Origin: Tubulanus polymorphus
Lineage: Eukaryota > Animalia > Nemertea
Length of the DNA stretch: 64,000 bases
NCBI RefSeq assembly: GCF_964204645.1
Contig: NC_134028.1
Coordinates: 13,709,653 to 13,773,652, forward strand
Direction: 5' to 3'
Each line of letters opens with the position of its first letter. The first letter of the stretch is position 1. The translations under genes were made by a program, and so were the position numbers. Below the pieces are notes generated by a model, which was given only the letters and a program-made list of their open reading frames with translations, was not told the DNA's origin and did not search any database. Positions 38,001 through 52,000 of this stretch are shown here, piece after piece.

Positions 38001-39412
38001 AACGAATGGTACTTTATTTTTGTAATCATATTTTTTGAATTCTAATATTTTATCATTTTCATTTGGTAAAACTAATTTACAATAATCATGATTTTCACAT
38101 AATTGTTCATGATTCAATAATGCACTTTCAGTTCTGAATTTATGTAAACATTTTCTACATAGATATATTTTATCATCAAAATCATTTTCTGATTTAAAAA
38201 ATAAATCAATTCTTTTAATCCACATATAATGATTCTCATAATATAATATATCTATAACATCGTTTGAATCATAATCTTTTGATAGATATAAAGGTTCTAA
38301 TGTATAATGTTTTATATTGTTGCCTTTTGTTTTTGGTAATTTGATTAAATCAAACACATTTATCTTCATATTATTATCTCTTTCTATTTTTGGGATATTT
38401 TTAATTCTAACTGGGTAATTATCTATCTTATAAATATTTTCAAATGGTTTATAAATTGATACTCTACAAATATTAACAGTTGCAGGATGTAAACAACTTA
38501 TTATGGTCCATAGAAAACATTTATCATCAGAATTTTGTATATTTATAACAGCATTAGTTTTAAATGGTAGTTTGATATAACTTGATCAATTTATACTATC
38601 ATCATTATAATATGATAAATTATTTTCATCAATTGGTTTTGATTTAGTTAACTTATTATATTTTGTGTTATACACATGTAAAGTCATAAATATTATTTCA
38701 TCAAATATTAAATCAGATCCTTCAAAATATTTCTCTTCTATTTTAGTTTTTATTTCATTATAACATTTATTTAATCTATCTTCTATATGTTGTTTTGAAA
38801 TAATATGTTGTGAATGAGAATTTATATTATATATTGGTTTATCTTCAGATTTTATAAAATTAACTTTTGATTAGGATATTCTACGTCTGTAATTATTTTT
38901 ATTATATCTTTCATATTTTCTAAATGTTTTTTATTTTCTTCCAATGTTTTTCCTGTATGAAATTTAAACTCAATTGCAGCTGGACCAATATCACTTTTAA
39001 ATGCTTCGGTTATTTCTATATCTTTTTTATTATCTAATGAATTAATATAATTTCTTACATCTTCCATGTATGGTCTTTTATTGTTTAATTTATTTTTTAT
39101 TCTTTTAATTGTCTTCTGCTTCTTATCATTATCATTATCAAAATAATCTTCACCTAAAATATCATTATTCTTATTTCTAATATGACTTTTAGATTTTAAA
39201 TGTTCATTATAATATCTTTTATCACTGAATGGTTGATTACATGTATCACATTTGTATGTTTCTTTTTCATTCTTTAATTCATCTAATTTAGTTTCTAATA
39301 TATCATCTTCATATTCTAATTTTAATTTATTCTCTAAATGTGTTTTATTTTTATTGTGTCTTGCTTTTTGAGATTTATCTATGTTGATTTTACATGTTGA
39401 ACAGTAGTTCAA
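35059..39412 (-). pseudogene. polB: Protein-primed PolB with N-terminal zinc fingers, OTU-like protease motif and endonuclease VII-like insert (copy B)
   Basis: Zn fingers YCSTC..H...H and YKCDTC..H...H. Protease-like NSDDKCFLWTI and ENHYMWIK. Exonuclease IYGDFES, FHNLSGYD and YLKSDVLLL. Insert VRDHDHLNGKFRGAAHENCN. Polymerase YIDANNLYGWAM, MNNAFYGKT and YFDTD. Confidence 0.95.
35549..35901. mobile_element. hAT-like MITE inserted in PolB, 5-bp TSD
   Basis: TIRs CAGAGGCGGATCCAG / CTGGATCCGCCCCTG, flanked by GTTTG on both sides. GC-rich, and absent from copy A PolB. Confidence 0.88.
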
Positions 39413-39644
39413 TCACACTTAATGACACTTTTAACGTTTAATGTTTAAAAATCTAACTCATACAAATATAAATATTGAAATATGTTTAAAATATATCTAT
39501 ATATCTATCTATAAGAGCTCGTTAATTACTCGTTACTTTTTTACTCAAACTTTTATATTGAATAATCTATCAATTTATATGTTATTCATATATATTTTAT
39601 TCAGGTATATGATCATTTTAAGAGTAATAGGGGTTTAGTTGTTC
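39408..39644 (-). repeat. Right terminal inverted repeat of copy B (outer hairpin truncated)
   Basis: Reverse complement of 21036-21251. Ends at ...AGTAATAGGGGTTTAGTTGTTC. Confidence 0.92.
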
Positions 39645-40575
39645 AATTCAATTCACAATTAATTTAACAGAAAAGCGGTAAGTTTTAGGTATTTAAACTT
39701 AAAGATACAAATGTACATACAGAGATTTTTCAAATGGCCGCTAACGTAAGCATCCAATGAAAGTAAAAGAACATTAAGATAATTTTCTAATAACGTGAAA
39801 GTGGATGTTTTATTCTGAAATTTGATTTGTGCCAATAAAGAATGATTGAATTGTTGGCATGAATACCAATTTCAAGACTGATCACGCATGCTCAACCAAG
39901 GTTGGTTTGCGCTGCTGAAATGCAATATGGGCTTGCAAGTCTGCAAAATCTCATTTGAACGTTTCAAATGTATTAGATATGATTATGAGAGCAACTTTAC
40001 TTTTGTCAACACGTCATGATGGGCGACTGTGGTAATTTCTGGGCGTAAGGTAAATTTGACAGCTTATTATGATGATGATTACGGGTTTTTGACAAATGGG
40101 ATCCGGCTAAAATTATTTATAACTCGTCGCGCCCAAGGAATGGATTGACGCCGACGGCATTCAGTACCTATTAATCTAAATTGGGCAAACTTTTTTTAAC
40201 GACTGCGAATGATGTTTTTGCTGCGTTGTGATAATTATCATTTTTTTGAGGAATGACGTACCATCTGTTAGAAAATGTATCAATTCTTAATTTCAGACCA
40301 TCGAGGAAAGGAGGAATCATCGAGGAATGGAGGAATCATAGACAAGGCTGATTTTTTTGTTAAACCGTGGCAAAGACGACCTTATAGGCATATCTATATA
40401 ACCGAAAATTAGGTAGAGACTTCAGGACTCGGTAGCGGACACCGGCCCAGAAAAATACATAACGCGTGCTGTCGGTTCCTAGCATGATTTCAGCGTTTTT
40501 CGGGAATTCCCTGAAATGTCAGCGTTGTTTTCAGCGTTTAAGTTTTTCAGCTTTTTCAGCGAAGTTCAGGAACCG
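39645..40575. mobile_element. Right arm of the TIR DNA transposon hosting copy B
   Basis: Homologous to 42286-42735 and 51190-51580. Ends ...GCGAAGTTCAGGAACCG. Confidence 0.8.
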
Positions 40576-41415
40576 GCCCCTGCTGGATCCCTGGACAAAA
40601 CTTATCGCCGTTGCGAAAATTACCAGCTCGAAAGAATGATGATTATGTATTTATGTAACATCATCTATGGTGAAAAACTAAAACTAATTAAGCGCCATTA
40701 GATCTTTAAACGACGACTGATTCCCCACATCGAGTGAAACACCTGAACGTTTCTCCCGGGCGCATGTCGACGCGTCAATGAATGCAGGACATGAACAAGA
40801 CAAAACATCCGATATGGTGACCTTGGCCATTGACCTAGACAACCCGAACCGTTACCCACGGTGTCTAGGATAGTGCATTCATCAAATGGCACCAAAATAT
40901 GTCGAATCGTCTACGAGTAAGAGCACGGAAATAAAATAAATAATACAAAGCAGTTTCCGGTGAACTTGGTCTTTGGCATACACAACCCGAAATCTATCAG
41001 TTATCCGTGGTTGCTGGTAGAACCTATCCAAGTTATTTCAAACCGTTTTTTTTTATGAGAAAGAATCTGGAAACGAACGATAATCGTAAAATGGCTTCAT
41101 GTCACCTTGGCCTTGGCCTTGAATAAACATGACCCAAAATCTAATCAATTGAAAATCTTATGTAGTACAATACAATTTTTGAATTTCAAGAAAATCTGTC
41201 AAATGGTTTGTGCGATGGCACAGATACGACTGCCGACAGAGAGACAGTGAAACCAGTACGCATAAAACCAACCGAATTGAAAGATATTCGATAGATCTCG
41301 GAGTAATTGCTTGAAAATGTACATGTATGTAGCCAATATCGTAAATTGCTCATTGTTCTCAAATGGCTACTAATTCACCTCTTACATAAAGGCATGTACA
41401 TCAACATTGACTTAC

Positions 41416-41816
41416 CCATAGCAGATTTCCAATGTGCGTCCATATCACCAAGCGATGTTAAATGTTTCTGAAATAGTTTTTGAAAATTGGTGAAACTGAA
41501 TTCTCTTTTTCCTGTTGCTCTGATTGCGGATAAGACGTCAGACATGAGTTGTTGACTTTTTTCTATAGTCGTTTCACTACACGCCATATCGGTGAATGAC
41601 CTGAAAAACACATTATCATTCAATGGTTACAGTACCCTTGATAACTTCGTCCAATAACGCTTTTGAATTTTTTTTTGCTTGGCATCAGATGCGTTTCTTC
41701 TTCAATTGACTGCATTTCAAACCTGATCATATGCTCAATTTCATTGTGATCCAGATAACCGTTTCCATCTACGTCATACATATCGAAAAACATTCTCAAT
41801 TTTTCTTCAACTGTTC
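41416..41816 (-). CDS. Duox: Two spliced exons (41723-41816, 41416-41600) of a dual-oxidase-like EF-hand host gene
   Basis: AG/GT-bounded exons join in frame: GTVEEKLRMFFDMYDVDGNGYLDHNEIEHMIR|SFTDMAC...KREFSFTNFQKLFQKH. The EF-hand loop is canonical and the context resembles the DUOX second EF-hand. NOX5 or another EF-hand protein is not excluded. Confidence 0.72.
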
Positions 41817-41830
41817 CTGTATAAAAAACC

Positions 41831-42735
41831 AGAAAGAAATTCTGAAAATGGGCTTGCTGACATGGTTGTACTGAAAGCTTGGTGGTTTGTTTTCTGTAGT
41901 AGAATTCATCGAACTTTGAACTTTAAAAAGAGCTTAGGGATCAGTGTTGTCATACATTATTACATTAAATATTTATTACACCCCGGGGTTGGGAATCGGA
42001 ATGGTTTTATTGTAGATGTGGAAAAAGTTAGTGCAAGCTTTTAGATGGCTATTATTTGAAATTTTTGGTGTCTATTCGGAATCTATCATATGATGATAAT
42101 TGCTAGATTTCTAATGAAGACTTTGCTGGAATAGTTTCGCTGTATTGAAACGTTTACAGCTGAAATAAAAAAACGTGATTAAGTCGAGTGACTTCAGGTT
42201 AAGAGAAGCGAACTCGAAAAGAGATATGAGGCACGATTTTTACGTTTTAAATAATAAAGACATAAAGACATGATCTCTGCAGTCAGTTCAATTCAATTCA
42301 GAATTTATTTTACAGTTATAGCGGTTTTAAGTTTTAGATAACGTATAAGTGTTCATACAAATATTTTTCAATGGCCGCTTATGCAAGCCCCCAATGAAAG
42401 TTAACAAAAATTAAAAGAATTTGAAAAAAAGGGAAAGTGTTTGCTGAAAAGAATGTCAATAAAGAATGAATTGAATTGTCATCAGCACTATGCCGCGCAT
42501 AAACACCAATTTCAAGACTGATCACACGATCAAGGTTGGTGTACGCTGCTGAAATAACAAAAACCGATTAAATTAAATCATAAAACAAAGAAAACGACAA
42601 CCAATAAAGCCAATATACGAAAGGAACATTGATTTTTTACTGCGTTAAATGTGTGTAAATATCAGAGCTCAAGAAACTTTCTAACGAAAATTATTGACTT
42701 TCCGAGCAAGTTTGGGCTTGTGCAAGCCTGCAATC
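41831..42735. mobile_element. Internal fragment of the same TIR transposon family; spans the empty insertion site of copy B
   Basis: Matches 20508-20910 and then continues into sequence matching 39641 onward. Confidence 0.8.
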
Positions 42736-43238
42736 CCATGAAAATAATCTTTCTTTGCAACTTTTAACTTCAGAGTATCGACGATAAGCTTTCGAAATTA
42801 AGCCTAACACTCATTATCATGGAAACAATCGCATTTTTGCTATAATCGGTTGCTACGCCACCCGATACACATCCTCTTCTCCGATACTTTATTAAAGAAG
42901 GGTAAACCTTCATTCGATAATCTATCGCCTCGTGTTATAGTATACTATATTATGGTAACCCTTCTTAGATACTCATCGCCAGAAGGGCGCGCGCGTTAAC
43001 ACTCGGTCGTTTATTCTGGGATTCGAACATCAACAGTATTGGCCGTAAATCGGTCGACATTCTGCATTTTAGTGAACGTGGCGCGTTACTTTTTTACTTA
43101 AAACCCACTGGATCTTACGATACATCGTCGTCGATAAACGTGAATTAAAGTCTATTATTATCTCTAAGTGATCAAGTAAGTCATTTGCACGTCGTCGAAG
43201 AAGAAAGCCTTACCGTTAATCCAAATGCATTTAATAAC

Positions 43239-43661
43239 GGTCCTCCTTCTTATTACCATACCGAGGGCGAGATCAGATGACGTATTTACCGAGATGAACC
43301 GAGATGACATGTAGAAATATAACATATTTATTTATTCCTTATCGATTTTAACACTTGAAATCATATTATATCAGTAATAAATGCCTGCTGGAGTCATATT
43401 TTACATATTTTATCGGATATTTTGTAGAAAAATATCTTTACTGAGATGAGATCGTCGATCAATCAAATTTAATGAAATTTTATTGCTAACCGAGATTACG
43501 ATTAAGTCAAATTTTTTTTTACAAAATATCCGGAAAAATATGTAAAATATGACTCTAGAAGGTATTTATTACTGATGCAACATGATTTCAAGTGTTAAAA
43601 TCGATAAGGAATAGTTAAATATGCTATATTTCATGTCATTGTCATCTCGGTAATAAGGACC
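43239..43661. mobile_element. Foldback MITE
   Basis: Arms ~43299-43432 and ~43513-43650 are imperfect reverse complements. Outer ends GGTCC..TTATTACC / GGTAATAAGGACC. Confidence 0.75.
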
Positions 43662-44177
43662 CTTTTATAATGGAAAACGAAAATGAGTAATGCACGATGC
43701 CTTAGATTTCCGGGCCTATTATAAATTCCAACTTAGCCTAGGCCTATTCAGTATTTTGCCGACCTATTCATTATTTTATGAAATCAAATAGGCAGTGCGC
43801 CATCATGGCCGTATACTCAAAGTGCTTCCAGTGAATCACCGCTTTAGGCCTAATACGGGCATGGCTACTGCATTAATCGCATGAAATATTCAGTCGGTGA
43901 CGACAAACGCCTAGTGAATCACCTGTATCAAACTTAAAATTTTCGGCCGATTATTTTTAGGAAGTGGTTATTTAGCCAGATCTGGTTACCGACTTAAAAG
44001 ATATTTTGCCGGATCCATATATTATGTATTAGTAAAATCATTATATTGGGTTTAGGGTTAGGGTTTTGATAGGGTTAATGTCAAGAGGGTGAGAAGAGGG
44101 TCCAGGGTTCTGTTTCACAACTAGTGATAGGGTTAGGTGGGGCTATATATGTAGTTAAAACATTCGGGTGGTTTTCA

Positions 44178-44400
44178 GCGAGCTCGGTGGTCTAGTGGGA
44201 AGACACTGCGCTAGGTGAATTTACTGACCCGGATTCGAGTCTCGCTCTATGCGCTCAGCTTTCTCAAACTCAGTTCTGCATACCTTCCTTCAAGTCGCGC
44301 ACCTCTCTGCGCATGCGCGGAGAAATATCCGGCAAAATATTGTTCAGAAGTCGGTGACCGGATCCAACTGAATAACCACACCCTTATTTTTACACCCGCA
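44178..44400 (+). mobile_element. tRNA-derived SINE (head region; 3' end uncertain)
   Basis: A-box TGGTCTAGTGG and B-box-like GGATTCGAGTC at Pol III spacing. No full cloverleaf. Confidence 0.5.
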
Positions 44401-45309
44401 CTGGACGTATTGAGCCGGTGATTGACGTTTATCAACCAAATAGCCATGGGCCTATGATGCATTGTTTATATTATGAGATTTGTTAATTCTCTCCCGCTAA
44501 GCAGCGTACACTGTCAGCACTTCGATTTAATCACTTCCCGCTTGAATCTCCTCAAATAGCCACCTTTGTCAGTCATTACTTGTATCTACGAGCGATCATC
44601 TCGATGAATGCTCGTAGCATCAGTTCTATCAAATTGTAAATGAAAATCATCCTCCCTCGGCAGGGAGTTAAACCTTTTGGCATTACTACACAGCCACAGC
44701 GCGCACCCCTGCCACACTAAACCAGGTGCCCGGTCAATGTAATACACCATTCCACCTCTGGCACCACTGGAATCCAGTTATATGTGGTGAGTTTCAAGCT
44801 CATTTGTTTCTATATATGGTCCACAGGGGCATTGAATTTTGTGACAAGTGGTCATGTTTCCTTAGCCTCTGGTTCAGCTGGTGGACCGCATCTTATAATA
44901 GGGGAGGAAAATAGGCACTAATCCTGGCCCCCGTTGAGGTCTTGAACTGGTGCTTTCCTATTAGTGTACTAATATAACGAAAGACCAGAAAGGCTACATG
45001 CAATCTGATTACTTCTAACCTTATCTGAGGTAACCATCGTAAAATCTGGAAAAATGAAGCCTATTAAAGTTGTAAGAGAGAAACAAAAAGAACCGATGTT
45101 ATACCTGGTCAAAGATGGTGTTTTTCAAAGCGTCAGTGGGCAGTCAGAAATAAAAGGAAATGTTCCAGTTTCTGGCTCATCTAATTTAACTGAGCCTGAA
45201 TCTTCGGACTATGAATTCACTTGATCCAACTGATAGTAAGTCAATACTAATACACTCTTATTCAATCAAATGAATTCGTTGAGGGAAATCCATTTGTATG
45301 GTACATGTA

Positions 45310-46003
45310 ATTTTTAGCTCGGCTGTGACCGAAGGTCAGTGGAGCTGATGGGTTAGAGTGATTATCTGTCGTCGTCCGTCCATTCCTCTGTCAGCTTTTG
45401 CTTCAATTTTCTACTAGTGCTACAGTTCTTTTTTAATCTTGACTAAACTTCGTATGAAGTGAAAATGGGCCAAGGGCTAAAAAGTTATAGAGCCGTTTTT
45501 CCGAATTTGATCTCTAGAGGGCGCTGTATGGGTGGCGCTTGTAAAATCTTTAAATCGCTTCTTGTCCAACAATTATAATCCCATCTTGACGAAACTGGGA
45601 ATGTAGATACTACGGGCCAAACACTAAAAAGTTAAAGAGCCGTTTTCCGTTATAGAGCCGATCTCTTTGAACTCTTGAGTGCTGTGAAAGTGGTCCTTGT
45701 AAAATCTCATCATAAAACAGGGGGGGGGGGGGGACATTTTGTAGCAGCAATTTTTTGCGTAGCTGTAGCTCATGAGATGTTCCATGATTGTGGTCAGTTT
45801 CAAGGTCATTGCTCTCTGTATTGTAATGTTCACCAGGGGGCATTGAATAGTGGAATAACGTATGATATTTCCATATTGCATGTTTTGTTACCACGATCGA
45901 ATGCAACATTGTAGTTGCAAAAGGTCATTGATATCTGTATTTTATAGATCGCCAGATTGTGAAGCCTTTCAACCAGCCAGTAGGCATGGTGCCCCCTAGT
46001 TAA
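45310..46003. mobile_element. Helentron-associated (HINE-like) element with satellite core
   Basis: T-run start (TTTTTAGCTC), short hairpin, (CGTC) microsatellite, core repeats shared with 54600-55200, and a CCCCTAGTT end shared with ~55263. Confidence 0.5.
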
Positions 46004-46023
46004 TTTGCCGGATGTTCCCATTA

Positions 46024-49000
46024 GGCATTGGTGATGGCATTGTACTACTATAACTACATCTTGTTTTGAAATGATTGATCCAAATGAATATTCTTTTAAC
46101 TCAAAAGGTCATTCTGAAAGTGCAACGAAAGGCAGTTATGGTGATTATGGAAAGAGACGAGTGTCTGAAGTCCATGCGTGGGATGATTTATCGGACAAGC
46201 TCACTGAATCTGCTCTGAAGCTGTACAAACCGATGTCGTTGGAATGTTTTATCTGCGAAAAAATTGAACAAGAGCCTTTTTGATGTGATGATTGTCATCC
46301 ATTTGCTACATACTGTTTGGAATGCAGCATAAACTTACATACATGTTTGCCTTTCCATCGATTGAAGCATTGGCAAGCTGTAAGTATTTATAGCCCATGT
46401 GGGACTCAAGTCCCAGGGGCCTAGCTTTCACTATTCAACTGTCATATGTCCATTATTTTGTCAAGGCGAACTTTTGAAGACACTTAATTCAATTGTCTGT
46501 CCTTATATTTGGCTTGCTAAAATCAGCTCTTTTGAAGTTTTCAAGGGAAATTTCTAATACACTTCATGGTCAATTGGTATATTTGGTCAAAAATTGTTCA
46601 CTCTAGGTCTTTTTTTGCGTCTAAAAAGGATGTTTTTTATTTGAAATCTCATGTCTCTATCGCTTCTTTGCTTGGAAATATTGCACAAAATTTGACATTG
46701 GTACACGTTGGAAATGTTTTTGAATAATAAGCTCACGCCAATACAAACCCTGGCCACAAACCCTTCATATGGTCTATTACATTGTCCATTTCTTGGCCAG
46801 ACAGTGCCCGCCAGTCTATATTTCACTCCAGTCAATCATATGCGTGGTAATGATGTAGGACAAATCATGCATCTCTTTGGCTAGATATATAGACTGGTGG
46901 GCATTCAGTGTTAACCTCTCGTTAATTTTGGGTGATGTAATAGACCAATGAAGGGTATGGGGCCAGGGTTTGTGTTGACAGGAGCTTTAGCGGGCGGTAA
47001 TCAAGCCCTGGCAAGTGAGGATGCCTGGATTCAGTGATAAAAATCGCCTATTGTGGGCCCTGCTTGGGTCCTAATTTTGCTGGAAAGTATTCTTTTTCAG
47101 TCAAGAAGTCCTTCCATTTGGGTCTAAAATTGCTGAAAAATTCCTTAGTACTTCTTTTTGTCCTGGCCTTACCAGTGGAAACCGTGAATGAATGGTAAAA
47201 ACTCTACGTACATTGTATTTTATGATGTCTTTATATTGTACAGATGGAGATGCCCCTCCTCAGCAGATTACCATGCAATTGTACCTTGATTGAAGAAAAA
47301 ATCATTACAGTCTTCGATTCTTATGGTATGTATAATTTGCTCAAGATTTAACACTTGTTTTATAAATGACATTATCTGTCAGTAGGTTAAAATGCATGCC
47401 AGTATCTGGATTTAGATCCAAAAAAGTAAATTTCTCCAAACAGCAAGAATTCACCAGGACGGTTAAAATCAAAATCAACCATAATTTACTTAGATTTATT
47501 CACTGCTATGTTTGATATTGATTAATAGGTCGATGTGATGCGAAAAAAGTTCAGCACTGCGAATGTCACAGTCTACCTATTGCTTTAACCAATCATCGTT
47601 TGTGGCCTGCATCTCCTTCCCAACATACGCTGCATCATTTGATTTTCTCAAACTTTTTACGACTCTCCAAATAGAAGGTCAGCTGTCAGCAAGAGCATTT
47701 GCAGACACGTATGCTGTGATGAATGCTTATTCGCTTGACCAGGTAAAGTAATACACCCCAAGTGCACATCTCCTGTCTATATTTCATTGTTAACTAAAAT
47801 TTGATGTGCTTTGATGTTACGTAGGTCTCACAGTTGTATAGACTGCTGACAAGTGAGAGTCTGAGTAGATTTAGATTGATAACTTGTGAGGAATATCTGT
47901 TGTCGAAATCTTACACTTGTAAGCGGTGCTTGGCTTGTCCTGAGGTATGGCTTCTGGCTGCATTTCTGACACTGGTTTGCCATATAAAATAGACTCCGCC
48001 TTAACCGGTACCATTTGGACCTTCATTTAGATTGAATGGATTACCGGATAGGCAGAGTCTTCTGTATTCTGAAATATTTTTTGAAAATTAATTTTCATCT
48101 TCCTAGGATAATGGTAAACTTTTTGTGTCAGCTGATGCTAATTTTGGATTGGTTTGGAAAAAGAATGCAGGAAGGAGTTACTCTACCCCACAAATCTTAA
48201 GACCAATATTTTTAGACCAAGGCAATGTTGATTCGTATGTTTTGAGATGTTGTGATACATCCAAACTTGATGATGGTGTAAATATTTTAGTTTTGAAAAA
48301 AATGGTTTTGATTGTATACAATATATATATATCAATATATTTAATTGAAATTGCCATTTGATTAATTTTTCCAGGAATGTAATAATTTCCAGGCAGGAAC
48401 AGACATCCGTGCCAAAAACAAAGCTGTCAATTTGGATTATACTGGTGTGATGGGTTTGGCATGTTCACGACATGAGATTCCACTAGCGATGCTAAATCTA
48501 AGGCACGGTGAAAGGTAATCTAGTTCTGTCTCTTACATGTGCATATTTTGGAACCACAATCAATTGCAAATATGTAGCTCATGAAATCTTCTCTGATGAG
48601 TGCCAAGATCATTGGTTTCTGTGTATGTTCATTAGAGGCCGTTGAATATTAAAATAGTCAATGATTTCATGGAGTCCTTGGATCCCTAGTTTTGATGTGT
48701 GAGAATGTGTTTGATTCATATTCCAGGCTCAGTTACGTTGTTTCGCTGTTGAATCATATGGTTGCTGAGCTGCAAGTTGAGCATAATCAATTAGAATTGG
48801 TAGTTATGTATGACATAGCTTGTGTATTGCAAAAATATCCGAAGGTAGATGCCATTTCTAAGTTATTGCCCATAGACCATGTTATTGAAACAATATCCCT
48901 AGTTCCCAAATGAGAATGGTTTCCCTGAACCCATTCTAACTACCACGTGCATTTGATATTTTTTCAGAAACCAGATATTTCAAGAATGTTGCCGGGTAAT

Positions 49001-52000
49001 CTCCAATTTGCCATTCCATTATTTCACTGCTATGGTCATCAAGCCAATTGTCAAGTATGGATCTAACTTAGGTTTAAGTTTTCTTCTGACTGGATCATTA
49101 TATTTATTTGAAAAAAAAATGTTTTTTTATCTTTTATTATCACTCATACAAACTTAAGTCCACGTTGCTTGGAAAATTTTGGTTTGACGGATGGAGAAAC
49201 TATGGAACGATTTTGGTCTTATATCCGACGATTTGCTCTAATCACAAAGGAACAGACTCCAAATCGTAGGTTAGAGTTACTTACATTAGCAGCCCAGCAT
49301 TATACATGGAAGAAAATGAATAAAATTGGTAAGTAAATCCAGGATGGTATGGTTATCACATATTGATAATTTTGACATCATTTTTGTTTGTGGTTTCAGA
49401 ATTCGCATTGTTTGAGCGGTTTAAGAGAGCAGATGTAGCTATAGAACAAGCAGATAAGGAACTTGCCGATATATCATTGATAATTCCAGGTCTCGATTTG
49501 TCACCATGTATCTTATTTGCTAGATGAATAAAGCTGAATTTACATGTATCTTTTCATTATTTTTAGAAGTAGCTACTGGAAGAGATGATATCTTTGAACA
49601 GTGGAATTTCCAGGAAAAGGTATCAGTGACTCATAAAAGAGATAAAGGTAAAAGTTATGGCATGGTGTTAACAAGTTTAACTCTTTCCATGTTAATCATG
49701 ATAAATGAAATTCCACTCAGCTATGATGGACCTTTTCGGGGTTGAGAATACGCGGCATTGAACTAAGTCAACACCCCAAAACCAATAATTTTCTGAAAGC
49801 TCATGGATGGTTTTATGATACACTCTACGGTTTGGGTCCATTGGGGGCCACGCTGACTTATCGACCTTTGAATTAGAAATCTGGGAAAAAATGGAGGTCA
49901 CCTGCCATAAGTTACTGTGGGCACAGCTTCGCCATCTAATAGTTCTATACTATACCAGATACATGACTGTGAGATCTCGTCCACTTGACAAACCAATAAA
50001 AATTGCCCTATAAACTTTTTTTCAATGAAATTATTTTAGATATATCCCTGGCAAATGAGTTTGCCCACGACATCAGCTATAGTCATCTCATGAGGCGAAA
50101 TATTTTGCCCACGATGTGGAAAGAGTTTTAAGGCCTGTTGTATTGATTATTTTTCTTTTTCAATATTACGGAAACCCATCCACATGGCAAGAAATATACG
50201 TCAAGCTCTTGTCTACATACTACAGTGTCTGGTAAGTTATAGTAATTATGAGATAAATCATCAGAGGTGCACTTATTAAGTACTTAAATGAAATATGAAT
50301 GTAAATATATTTTTTTCTCAGTACAATGATAAAGAGCTCTAATGATGGTGCCACATGTATGACCCTTGTTAAAGAGAGAGATGAGTAAGTTGGAATAACT
50401 ACGTACATTGGTATTAGTTTTCAGCTTGTTTTCTGTCAGTTTTCATTATGGTGGCATTGTGATGATACTGATACTGTTGTCTCGTTTAGACTAGATGCAA
50501 GACTTCAATCAACTGAAAATATTCGGAATCTCACTCGATGGTCCAGTTCTCAATACGAATACATCAATCTAATGGAAGCAATGAATGACAGGAAACGTTG
50601 TGCATATCTTCGACGAATGCGAACCTTAGCATGTGAGATGAAGGTTCATGATAAAGCTTCAAAAAACATGCAGGTGATTCTGCCATCCCATGTGACATAA
50701 TTGCAACATTGTCATTCCTCCCTTGTAAATCCCTTCAGAACAGACATAACTCATCGGTTCCTGAAAAAGCTGAAACACTGAAACGCTGAATCGCTGAAAT
50801 AAAAACGCTGAAATTTCAGGGAATTTCCGAAAAACGCCGAAATTTCAGGGAATTCCCGAAAAACGCTGAAATCGTGCTAGGTACCGACAATACACGTTTT
50901 AAAATTCTTTCCGGGCCGGTGTCCGCTGCCGAGTCCTGAACCGTCTTTTAGTCTCCACCTTCGGTTACAGAGACATGCATGGGCAGTAAGTGTGGAGTAT
51001 ACTTCTAGAGGGCCACTTGTTGGACAAATTAATTCGCTTGAAATCCGGATTTTTAATGCATACAGGCAGCATGATGAGGAAAACCAATTCACAAACCGTG
51101 CAAGCCAACTTAAACACTATGCTCAATATTCCAAGAATATGGTTTACTTATGCAAGACTTAGGCCTATCGTTCATGTATAAAACAGGATTATAAGCAACT
51201 TTTCTTTTGTCAACACGTTGATGGGCGACAGACTATGGTATTCTCTGAAGGAGGTAAATTGAATTTGACAGCTAGTTATATAAATGACGCAGCTTTTGGA
51301 CGAAAGGGCTCTAACTAAATTTCTTTTTAATTCACCGTGGAATGGAATGGATTGACGCCAATGACATGCAGTAGACCCCTACTTATAGGTCATACTAATT
51401 AGCGTCAACCAATTAATCTAAATCGGGCAAACCATTCAACAACTGTAATTTATTTGCTGTGTTGTGATAATAATAGGTTGTTTTTTTTTTTAAATGACAT
51501 ACCAACTGTTAGAAAAATGTACTGATTCTTATGTTTAGACTACTACGGTATCTATAAAAGGAGGTGTCATAGACAAAGTTGATTTGCTCAGCAGGACACA
51601 CTTCTTGTCAAGTACATCATCTCAAGTATTGGGTGTTTTGTAAGTTTGATTTCAGTATTTATTTACTAAGTGCTGTCCCCTCGGACCTCAGTGCTTTCAA
51701 ACTAGGCCCACCCCATAGGCTATATCTCCAGAGTGTATTAGCCACTATTCTTTTATTTCCTACTTTAAATGCACTTTTTTCTATTTTTAGACTCGGGCTA
51801 AGAATGTGCAAATTTGAGATACTGAGAAATCAGATGGCACTAGTTAACTTGAACTGCGAAATTTGCAGCAGGATAGCTGAACGGAACAATTTTTAAAAAC
51901 AAAATGGCTATTCGAATGCTATTTCAGTAATAACTTGATTCAACCAGAGAGAAATAAGTCAATTGGGGATGTACAGTACACCCACTTTACTTCCCGTTTT

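Noticed and set aside
44048-44140. Telomere (TTAGGG-like repeats)
   Set aside because: Only a few degenerate interstitial units, most likely part of a repeat element.
44178-44250. tRNA gene
   Set aside because: A and B boxes are present but I could not form acceptor or anticodon stems, so I treated it as a SINE head.
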